Below are positions 38,601 to 46,153 of a DNA stretch of 64,000 nt, piece by piece. The number at the start of each line of letters is the position of its first letter. Position 1 is the first letter of the stretch. The notes beneath the pieces were generated by a model. That model had not been told where the DNA came from. It did not search any database and was given only the letters and a program-made list of their open reading frames with translations. The stretch comes from a virus, in the IMG/VR virus record IMGVR_UViG_3300020056_000007; one strand, 5' to 3'. A program made the position numbers and the translations under genes.

Positions 38601-40981
38601 ATGGCAATGTGTTTACTTCTGATTTGATTCATTTTAATACACGAAGATTAGACACAACTGGCGCTAGCATTTCTGGTAGTACTACTGCAAATTGGCAACA
38701 GAAAGAATCAGTATTTAATGATATTGGGGTATTGAAATACTATGATGATAGTAACAAGTATGATATTGTTGTCGTAGGTCAAACTGAAGATCTTACTTTG
38801 ACTGACGGTGATTCGAATGGTAAAGGCGGATATGGTCTACCATTAATTGAAAAACACACCATTTATGTAGATTCTGCGCAATCTGGAATTACTACGCATA
38901 ATACTACGTTACGTTGGGCAAAAACATATCAATCAAAGTATGGTAAATTAAATTCATTCCATTCTTTAGTTATTGAAGACTCTGATAAAAGAGATTGGTG
39001 GTGGAATGAAGAGAATTTCTTTCATAACGGACAAGTAAGATTTATTGTTGCTGCTAGCGGTCATGACTTAGATAGCAATGCTTCACATCCAGATTATACT
39101 AATGATATTCTAATGAGAAGAGATACACTCTTTGCTATGATTAATGATAGTGATGGTAGCCTTATCTGGGGAAATACTCTTGGTCATATGGGTAATGACG
39201 ATATTAATAAATCAATGGTGTGGGATGCTCATAATAGAAATTTTGTAACAGTTGGTTCATCTACATCTCACTCTGTCGGTGAAGATGGTATTCTATTTAG
39301 ATTATGGAAAGATGGATTTGGGACTGGTGTTTATCACACTGATCAATCAACATCAAATGCGTATTATTATGATTCATCATACATTTATCCAACAGATTTT
39401 ATTTTTGCTGGAGAATATGATAGTAATACATTCCCAAATACTTCATTATCAACAGTACAAGTTTCGGTTGGATTATCGGCTTCACTATCAAATAATAGTG
39501 CTAATACTGTTCATACTGAATATAATGGTTCATATGGTGCCAATGGCTTGTTTACTGGATTCTTAGGAATTGTTGATCAGAAAGATTTACAAGATTTTAA
39601 AAACACTGATCAATATATTCGTGAATCACAAGAAGGAAAAATTGTACATAGAGTTTCAGATGATTTCTTCAAAATCCATCAAGTGTCTACTGTTGGTGAT
39701 GCTACTGCTGATGATGGAAATGTTTTTGCTTATGATGTGATTAAATCAAGAGATCTAGAATATTATTATTTAGGTGGTCAAGTTTCTGGTAATATTGCAA
39801 GAACCAATGATGGTTTATCGGGTGTTTATGACTATACATTATTTCAATGGGATATTGCATCTGAGCAATTTAGGTTCTGGCAAAATGGCACAGCGCAAGA
39901 TGAAGAAATCTATGCGATTACAGAATTAACTGGTACTGCATTATTGGTAACTGATCCTCCTGCTGCTGGCCAAGGTAGAACAACAGGTCAAGTAGTATGG
40001 ACTCCAACTACAGCAGGAACATATTATTATCAATGTGGTATTCACAACATTATGGGTGGACAGTTGATTGTAACAGATGTTCAAGCCGGGACAAATACTT
40101 ATGATATTGATGTATCAAATAATGGTGCAATTGCTTATAGAATGACTGGTTCAGATAGAAATGGTACAATTAACTCATCTACTGATAATCCAACTATTAC
40201 TATCGATACAGGTGATACCGTAAGATTTAATGTTGATGCATCTGGTCATCCATTCTATATTCAGACTGCAGCTGGTACTGGTGGTTCTAAAAATGGTCAT
40301 ATCGCATTTTGCGGTAGAACAACCGGACAATTAGGTACTGATATTGGTTCACCTGACTCTGATACCCCATTATTTGGTGGCTATGATTTATTCCTTGGTA
40401 TTTTTGATCCAAATGCTTGGGTTGCTGAATATTATAACCAAGGATCTGGTTTTAATGATAAAGCAATGAATGTTCATGATTTACATCCAAAAATTCCTAA
40501 CACATTGGCATTGTCATATACATCATTTGGTTCTGTAAATGGTTCACCAACGTTTGGATCTGAAGATATTGGCGTAATTACATTTAATTACGATACTGAT
40601 AGTTGGAGTCAAGGGTTTCAAATTGGTTCAGAAACATCTGAAGAAATAGATCAAAACGGAAAACCAAGTACATTACTTCCAGACGGAAGATTAGCTATAG
40701 TTTGTAATACGGCTGGTACTTTTGCAGATGATACCATTACGTATGGTTCTAAAGATATGGGTCTTGCAATATTTAATTTTGATAGCGATGGTTTAGGAGG
40801 TTATTTAGGTTGGTCTAAATATCAAATTGGATCAGGATCTGCTGATTTTTCATATAGTATTGATAATAATGGTTCTACATTTTTAATTACTGGATATTCA
40901 GAAGCTACTTGGGATAAATCGGTATCAGGAGTATTTGTTGAATTTGATCCAGAAAGAAATTTACTAGGGAAGAGTGCATAA
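35678..40981 (+). CDS. Large beta-propeller-like virion protein with two cupredoxin-like inserts
   Basis: 1767 aa; propeller-blade-like repeats (WGGTGDNFF..I, LGHMGNDD, GYDLFLGIF); CSLHANM and CGIHNIM motifs. Confidence 0.65.
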   Translation: MAIANLTREVTLGDSDFLGVPAMHHISDAGYWYYYHPADYDSNNVLAGNSIVSYEWDAILPVVAADRLSGTTNNVELDGTIAFIDDSTNGVYDANTQVRYHGGCIQDIGPGLNDITNQTENDAYMFAHIGTFGDDGTTAAGTLQDDAFYWDRLYQASAGGDWAFYQYHKHLPSNYSKYDDGRIVFGSDGYIRPSDKQFGYLINILAKQGSSSYSVPLARIHTPSVGGAHNSHNDVTLPNTAGINYLPGGILKGGSNRFHAFYMSKTTNGWNLFSRTYTSSSGSFTPEVNYGDQTEIADAVFNPYPGGNQDAEGTQSSYAFRASAGHVFGSKIYVPVVTEAAARPNLTAEVTDIVGGGVIYAVTVGRDREGSHAERNQPTIYMKVGDTLTFENSQYLAHPMYIRNTTNISPTPTSHNVAGASGGGSSGSTLTFTPQTAETVYYICSLHANMYGEIVITERDGTFDQQIWSFTDANTISPGTLNKIDLPFQFQGQPYKPDCYISSVGTNLYIAASSGLQGGAQLFSCNLSTLDSEGQLAFEGNIVTNDSDDYLRMHGFKYNASTTKFFTLLSGVNGAVGNYDGKGLYSFDLAGGAFDGYSHMSYDTTSGTYTTRQALQAGHLIYNHATAQIEYSTGTEPEGIATGTSILQFATASPSFYNKKEINTGKSEEYYFQGIYLEDGRKALVGRLEAHPETTGAENTGDLLLTIVDNENNSVSYTWGGTGDNFFTGIIEDKENGKLVLSGYSKGELAPKGDQWVHGWGRNIHQSNDSASMKLFDIAREDSANGVFYAVGHDYINNAPLVEAWNKNYDHYKDLKMDFGPDSSQLDNIDILSNEKGIVSGYTLNAANKRTGLISKIDLKTNTVDWVKGLYQGTNVHKITDHCTVDRNGTEYTVGFIENNSYTDDSDFTFNHGLLFLMDGNGNVTVSKSTEALPGAPHTPNLHIERIQPGKVGTGDFFFCGSETRGTSRAPMWGYGNVFTSDLIHFNTRRLDTTGASISGSTTANWQQKESVFNDIGVLKYYDDSNKYDIVVVGQTEDLTLTDGDSNGKGGYGLPLIEKHTIYVDSAQSGITTHNTTLRWAKTYQSKYGKLNSFHSLVIEDSDKRDWWWNEENFFHNGQVRFIVAASGHDLDSNASHPDYTNDILMRRDTLFAMINDSDGSLIWGNTLGHMGNDDINKSMVWDAHNRNFVTVGSSTSHSVGEDGILFRLWKDGFGTGVYHTDQSTSNAYYYDSSYIYPTDFIFAGEYDSNTFPNTSLSTVQVSVGLSASLSNNSANTVHTEYNGSYGANGLFTGFLGIVDQKDLQDFKNTDQYIRESQEGKIVHRVSDDFFKIHQVSTVGDATADDGNVFAYDVIKSRDLEYYYLGGQVSGNIARTNDGLSGVYDYTLFQWDIASEQFRFWQNGTAQDEEIYAITELTGTALLVTDPPAAGQGRTTGQVVWTPTTAGTYYYQCGIHNIMGGQLIVTDVQAGTNTYDIDVSNNGAIAYRMTGSDRNGTINSSTDNPTITIDTGDTVRFNVDASGHPFYIQTAAGTGGSKNGHIAFCGRTTGQLGTDIGSPDSDTPLFGGYDLFLGIFDPNAWVAEYYNQGSGFNDKAMNVHDLHPKIPNTLALSYTSFGSVNGSPTFGSEDIGVITFNYDTDSWSQGFQIGSETSEEIDQNGKPSTLLPDGRLAIVCNTAGTFADDTITYGSKDMGLAIFNFDSDGLGGYLGWSKYQIGSGSADFSYSIDNNGSTFLITGYSEATWDKSVSGVFVEFDPERNLLGKSA

Positions 40982-43030
40982 ATGGCTATACTTAATTTTC
41001 CAATAAATCCAAGTCATAATGATACTTATTCTGCAAATGGAATAGATTATTCTTATGATAGCACTTCTACTTCTTGGACAGTTCAGCCAAATTTAGGTTA
41101 TACTGGATCACAGGGTTTTACGGGATCTAAAGGAGCTGGATTTACAGGATCTAGAGGTTTAATAGGTTACTCTGGATCGCGGGGTTTTGACGGTTCACGA
41201 GGTTATACTGGTTCGGTTGGATATACAGGTTCCTCAAACGTACAAGGTATACGTTATGTTTATGATACAGGAACAACCGTTAATACTGCTTTAAGTGGCG
41301 AATTTAGATTTGATAATGCAACCATTGGATCTGCAACACAGATTGGAATTAATGCTTTTGATGCAGACGGTAATGATCTTACAAGTTATTTTTCTACACT
41401 TGACAACTATGGATCCAGCTTAATAAGAGGTACATTATTATTTAAACCTGCCGATTTAACATCTGGCGAATTTATGGCCTTTGAAGTTACTTCAACATTT
41501 ACAAATAATTCTGGTGTTCTTGTTGCAAGTGTTAGTTCAGCTGGTGGTGGATTAACATTATCTGATGCTGATGAACTTATAATTACGTTTATTCCTGCTG
41601 TTCAAGGTGAAATTGGTTATACGGGATCAAGAGGTGATCCAGGATTTACAGGATCAGTTGGTTTTGTTGGATCGCAAGGTGTTAAAGGTGACCCAGGTTT
41701 TGTTGGATCGCAAGGTGATTTTGGTTATACCGGTTCAAGAGGTAATTCAGGTGTTAACGGAACTGGCGGTGGATTCTTTGTAATTGAAGCTGAAAGAAGT
41801 TCAGGAGCAACTAATGGCGCCTATTTTGCTTTTGGTAATGGCGCGAGCCCAACTCAAGGCGTAAGAGTTCCAATTGATTGTAACTTAGAATATTTAACAA
41901 TTTCAACTGAAAGTCTTAACACCTGTACTGTAACACTATACATTAATGGCACAGCATCTACTGCAACAGTATCATTAGCAGGTCAAGGGAGTAATACAGC
42001 ACTAATTAATCCTGGGTTATCTATTTCATCCGGTGATAGAATAGCATTTAACGTGACTTCGGGAAGTACTAATAGTACCACAGTTGTATCAGCATGGTTT
42101 GCTCATGATGGTGTAAAGGGTTATACAGGATCAGTTGGTTTCGTTGGATCTCAAGGTGTTAAAGGTGATCCAGGATTTACAGGTTCACAGGGTTATACAG
42201 GTTCTCGAGGTGTTATTGGTTATACAGGATCTCAAGGTGTTATTGGATACACTGGTTCGCAAGGTCCTATTGGGTACACTGGATCTCGCGGTTACACAGG
42301 ATCAAGAGGATTTACAGGATCTAGAGGTGCCGATGGTACATCTATAGCAATTCAAGGTACAGTTGCAACAACAGGTAACCTACCATCATCTGGTAATACT
42401 GCCGGTGATGCTTATATTGTACAAGCAGATGATCACCTTTATGTTTGGGATGGAGCGACTTGGACAGATGCTGGCCAGTTTGTTGGTTATACTGGATCTC
42501 AAGGTGTGATTGGTTATACTGGATCAAGATCTACAGTAATTGGTTATACGGGATCAAGAGGTTACACTGGTTCTCGTGGTCCTATTGGTTACACTGGTTC
42601 GCAGGGTGTTATTGGTTATACAGGTTCTCAAGGTGTAATTGGATACACTGGATCTCGCGGTGTTACTGGTTACACAGGTTCACAGGGTTATACAGGTTCG
42701 CAAGGACCGATCGGATATACTGGTTCGCAAGGTCCTATTGGTTACACTGGTTCACAGGGTCCTATTGGGTACACTGGATCTCGCGGAGCTACTGGTTACA
42801 CAGGATCTTTTGGTTTACAAGGTTACACAGGTTCTCAAGGAGCACTGGGTTATACTGGATCTCGCGGAGCACTGGGTTATACTGGATCTCGAGGAGCACT
42901 GGGTTATACTGGATCGCGTGGAGCAACTGGATTTACAGGATCTGGAGGTAGCACTGGATACACCGGATCACAAGGTGCATCCGGTGGTGGTACTGGTCTT
43001 GCAATTGCAATGGCAATGATATTTGGGTGA
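40982..43030 (+). CDS. Collagen-like fibre protein with G(Y/F)TGS(Q/R) triplet repeats
   Basis: Long Gly-X-Y runs; ends in the AIAMAMIFG motif common in phage fibres. Confidence 0.8.
   Translation: MAILNFPINPSHNDTYSANGIDYSYDSTSTSWTVQPNLGYTGSQGFTGSKGAGFTGSRGLIGYSGSRGFDGSRGYTGSVGYTGSSNVQGIRYVYDTGTTVNTALSGEFRFDNATIGSATQIGINAFDADGNDLTSYFSTLDNYGSSLIRGTLLFKPADLTSGEFMAFEVTSTFTNNSGVLVASVSSAGGGLTLSDADELIITFIPAVQGEIGYTGSRGDPGFTGSVGFVGSQGVKGDPGFVGSQGDFGYTGSRGNSGVNGTGGGFFVIEAERSSGATNGAYFAFGNGASPTQGVRVPIDCNLEYLTISTESLNTCTVTLYINGTASTATVSLAGQGSNTALINPGLSISSGDRIAFNVTSGSTNSTTVVSAWFAHDGVKGYTGSVGFVGSQGVKGDPGFTGSQGYTGSRGVIGYTGSQGVIGYTGSQGPIGYTGSRGYTGSRGFTGSRGADGTSIAIQGTVATTGNLPSSGNTAGDAYIVQADDHLYVWDGATWTDAGQFVGYTGSQGVIGYTGSRSTVIGYTGSRGYTGSRGPIGYTGSQGVIGYTGSQGVIGYTGSRGVTGYTGSQGYTGSQGPIGYTGSQGPIGYTGSQGPIGYTGSRGATGYTGSFGLQGYTGSQGALGYTGSRGALGYTGSRGALGYTGSRGATGFTGSGGSTGYTGSQGASGGGTGLAIAMAMIFG
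42116..42975 (+). repeat. GYTGS collagen-like repeat array (18/27-bp units)
   Basis: Many ggttatactggatc-like units, for example three near-identical ggagcactgggttatactggatc(t/g)cg copies from 42839. Confidence 0.9.
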
Positions 43031-43033
43031 TTT

Positions 43034-43402
43034 ATGGGAGAATGTAATTTAGTAAATGTAGCTACTGTAGTAGGTAAAAGTAGATCATTCAACCTGGGCT
43101 CAGGCGGAAGTGCCTCTTTATTGCATAATGTATCTACTGGAAATGAAACATGGCTTGTAAAAAGCTTAATTTTAGGAAATGTTTCATCAAATGGCACAGA
43201 TATTAAAGCACGTGTGTCTGTAAATATAACAGGAACTGATCATTATATTCTCTATGATACATGGGTTCCTTATGGAACATCATTAGTTGTTTTAGATGAA
43301 TTATTGCCTATATATTTACAATATCAAGATTATATAACTGTAACGGGTCAGGAAGGAGCTGGTCTTAATGCGTATTATAAATACGAAACACTTAGGGAGT
43401 AA
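43034..43402 (+). CDS. Small virion-associated protein, paralogue of the downstream gene
   Basis: NLVNVATVVGK...VKSLILGNV...HY..YD...LVVL...IYL...D.I.V aligns by eye with 43406-43768. Confidence 0.65.
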   Translation: MGECNLVNVATVVGKSRSFNLGSGGSASLLHNVSTGNETWLVKSLILGNVSSNGTDIKARVSVNITGTDHYILYDTWVPYGTSLVVLDELLPIYLQYQDYITVTGQEGAGLNAYYKYETLRE

Positions 43403-43405
43403 AAA

Positions 43406-43768
43406 ATGGCAGCACCAAATATAGTAAACGTTGCTCAAATTTATGGTAATACTGTGAGTGGTGCAGTTGGTACTTCACTTTCAGCGGTATTAACAAACGC
43501 ATCAGGTTCCAACTATGTTTATAAAGTAAACTGTATTATGATTTCAAATGTTGATGGAGCAAATGATACAACTGTACGAGTAGCGTTTAATAATAACGGT
43601 ACAAATCACTATTTAGCATATGATGTGGATTGTATTGCTAAAACAACATTAATTGTTTTATCTAAAGATACTGCTGTGTATCTTGAAGAAAACGATAGTA
43701 TTCGAGTTTCAGCAACTACAGCATCAGATGCACAATATGTGATTTCATATGAAAGAATTATTGACTAG
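43406..43768 (+). CDS. Small virion-associated protein
   Basis: MAAPNIVNV..IYG...KVN.I..SNVDG...YLEENDSI...ISYE.I, a common phage family found after fibre genes. Confidence 0.7.
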   Translation: MAAPNIVNVAQIYGNTVSGAVGTSLSAVLTNASGSNYVYKVNCIMISNVDGANDTTVRVAFNNNGTNHYLAYDVDCIAKTTLIVLSKDTAVYLEENDSIRVSATTASDAQYVISYERIID

Positions 43769-43779
43769 GAATTAGTTAA

Positions 43780-44910
43780 ATGGGTAGAAAACACCAAAAT
43801 GGTGGAGTTGTTGGCCAAAAGCGCATTTATTATGATGGCATGAACACTGGTGTTCATGACATGCAAACTGTTTATGATTCTTTTAGTGGTAGTCCTACTA
43901 ATAGAGAAGGTTATAATAGAGGCTTAGGTACGATTGATATAGATTACCGCATTTCTGTTGGAAATGTATTTGATATGACTCTTATCCCAAACTCTAGTGA
44001 TAGTTATACATTGTCACAATTAGGAACTGGAACAACTGGTTCTTGGACAGCTACCGATAGATATTATCAAAGCGATTGGCTTCGAATATTAGTTAATGGT
44101 CAAGGAAGAGGTTGTTTAGGTACAGGTGCTAATGGTTTATCAAGTACAAATTTTCAGTTAATGGCAAATACCACTGGTAATGGTACTTTTTCATATACTA
44201 CTTATGCTGATGCGTTTCAGCCAGGTACACCACATGAAACCGGATTTTTTTGGGCAAGAACAGCAGCAACTGGAGGTACATTATATAGTATAGGAGGATC
44301 TAATAACACAACTGCAATTGGTGGTACTGCTTCAAATGGAACCGTTTATAGTTGGAGAAGATCATCTTCTGATCCAGATGTAAATGATACACGAGTAATT
44401 TTATTGGGTAATACTACGGCTGGTCATGTTGTCTTTCAATATAAAATATATAATGGTGCTTCCGGTACACAAACAAGTGGAAAGGTTGTAAGAATGCTTC
44501 ATCAATATACTAACACAACCGGCGCAACTAAATATGTTTCATTTCAAAGAGGTGGTGATGTTGACTTTAACGCTTATACCACAAGTAATACAAGAGTCGA
44601 TGGCACCAAAACATATTCTTCTGGAACAAGCAATGGCCAAACTTTAGCAGTGTATTTACCGCCTACTCCTAATACAATTGCTATTAATCCTACTCCTACG
44701 GCTAGAAATACATTAATTTCTAATTCTTTTACAGCATATAATCCTGAAGGCATAGCAATAAATTCTGGTGGTCGTGCTAATGGTAGTGCGGATACATCAA
44801 TTTATATGGCGGCTGATTGGGATGCAGTATCTGCAGGTTCTACAGTGTACGCGTGTGCATATTATGTATATGGAACAAGCGTAACAGATATGAATAATCA
44901 AATTCTATGA
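43780..44910 (+). CDS. Putative fibre tip / receptor-binding protein
   Basis: N-terminal NGGVVG...GVHDM motif; Thr/Gly/Ser-rich beta composition. Confidence 0.55.
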   Translation: MGRKHQNGGVVGQKRIYYDGMNTGVHDMQTVYDSFSGSPTNREGYNRGLGTIDIDYRISVGNVFDMTLIPNSSDSYTLSQLGTGTTGSWTATDRYYQSDWLRILVNGQGRGCLGTGANGLSSTNFQLMANTTGNGTFSYTTYADAFQPGTPHETGFFWARTAATGGTLYSIGGSNNTTAIGGTASNGTVYSWRRSSSDPDVNDTRVILLGNTTAGHVVFQYKIYNGASGTQTSGKVVRMLHQYTNTTGATKYVSFQRGGDVDFNAYTTSNTRVDGTKTYSSGTSNGQTLAVYLPPTPNTIAINPTPTARNTLISNSFTAYNPEGIAINSGGRANGSADTSIYMAADWDAVSAGSTVYACAYYVYGTSVTDMNNQIL

Positions 44911-44918
44911 GGTAATAG

Positions 44919-45989
44919 ATGTCACACGGTAAATCTAAATGGGGAAATTATATTGGTGCTCCTAAAGTGATAGATAGTGCCTTATCCAATGTAGGGGTGT
45001 CGGCATTTGGAGACCTACCAAGACAAAATAAAGCTGATGGGGGCATTGCTGGTGTGCATAAATTACATTACATACATGAGTACGGCGAAGCAGATGATGC
45101 GGAGGGAGGATATTCAACTACTCTATCTGGTCAAGTTGTATACACTTTACAAAATTCTACAGCAAACACTGCTTTTACTTGGACTGTTCCAACTGGTGTA
45201 ACATCAGTGTCTGCCGTGTGTATAGGAGGCGGTGGTGGTGGCGGAGGAAATAATGGTAGTTCTGGACCTGGTGCCTCAGCTGGTGGTGGCGCACAATTAT
45301 CTTATTCTAGCGCGTTTACTGTTACTGCAGGAGAAAATTTAACCTTAACTATTGGAGGCGGAGGTCAAGGAGGGACTCGATCAGCAAACCCTAATGCCGG
45401 TAGTGCGACTAACATTAAACGAGGTGCTACCGTTTTATTACAAGCTAATGGAGGAGGCGCCGGATTGACCAATGTTACTTCGGGCTCTGGAGGAACAGGT
45501 GGAAATGGAGGTACTGGAACAGAATATACTGGTGGAGGAAATGGTGGCAGTGGCGGAAGTGCAAGAAATAATGGTGGAGGCGCTGGAGGCGGAGGAGCTG
45601 GAGGTTACAGCGGAAATGGTGGTAATGAATTGGGGACTGGTGTAGGTGGTGGAGGAGCCGGTGGACAAGCAAATAATGGAAGTGCATCACGAAATGCTCA
45701 ACAAAGTGGAGGTGGTACAGGATTATACGGCGAAGGAACTAGTGGGAGCGGAAGTTCAGAACTAACAAAAAATGGTTCTGTGCTAGGTCCTAGTAGTGGA
45801 GTTGGTTCACAAACTATAGCAACTGCTTCTGGTTATTCAACATTTGGAGTGGCTGGTACATTTGGTGGAGGAGGTGGAGCTATAGAAGACGATACTGCTT
45901 CATATGGTCATTCAGGCGGAAGTGGTGGAATTAGAATCATTTGGGGCGGAGGTAGATCATACCCTTCAACAAATACAGCAGATGCATAG
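44919..45989 (+). CDS. Glycine-rich tail-associated protein
   Basis: FTWTVPTGVTSVSAVCIGGGGGGG...GGSGGIRIIWG glycine-rich domain. Confidence 0.75.
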   Translation: MSHGKSKWGNYIGAPKVIDSALSNVGVSAFGDLPRQNKADGGIAGVHKLHYIHEYGEADDAEGGYSTTLSGQVVYTLQNSTANTAFTWTVPTGVTSVSAVCIGGGGGGGGNNGSSGPGASAGGGAQLSYSSAFTVTAGENLTLTIGGGGQGGTRSANPNAGSATNIKRGATVLLQANGGGAGLTNVTSGSGGTGGNGGTGTEYTGGGNGGSGGSARNNGGGAGGGGAGGYSGNGGNELGTGVGGGGAGGQANNGSASRNAQQSGGGTGLYGEGTSGSGSSELTKNGSVLGPSSGVGSQTIATASGYSTFGVAGTFGGGGGAIEDDTASYGHSGGSGGIRIIWGGGRSYPSTNTADA

Positions 45990-45998
45990 GAATAACAA

Positions 45999-46142
45999 AT
46001 GGCAGAAATAATTTGTACAAAGTGTAATCATCCTTGTCATTGCAAAGATGACGAAAATGAAGTTTGGTGTACTGATGGTGTTTTACAAGAAGATGGACAC
46101 CATGAAGTTTGTAATTGTAAAGACTGTACACACGAAGATTAA
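45999..46142 (+). CDS. 47-aa Cys/His-rich, metallothionein-like protein (not in ORF track)
   Basis: MAEIICTKCNHPCHCKDDENEVWCTDGVLQEDGHHEVCNCKDCTHED*; 8 Cys and 5 His; AGGA SD; fills the gap between two genes. Confidence 0.7.
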   Translation: MAEIICTKCNHPCHCKDDENEVWCTDGVLQEDGHHEVCNCKDCTHED

Positions 46143-46153
46143 TATATAACTAT

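Noticed and set aside
42135-43197. Alternative-frame ORFs with Trp/Leu-rich repeats (for example 42445-42951 and 42639-43019)
   Set aside because: They are shadow translations of the GYTGS collagen repeat, with no independent SD or domain.
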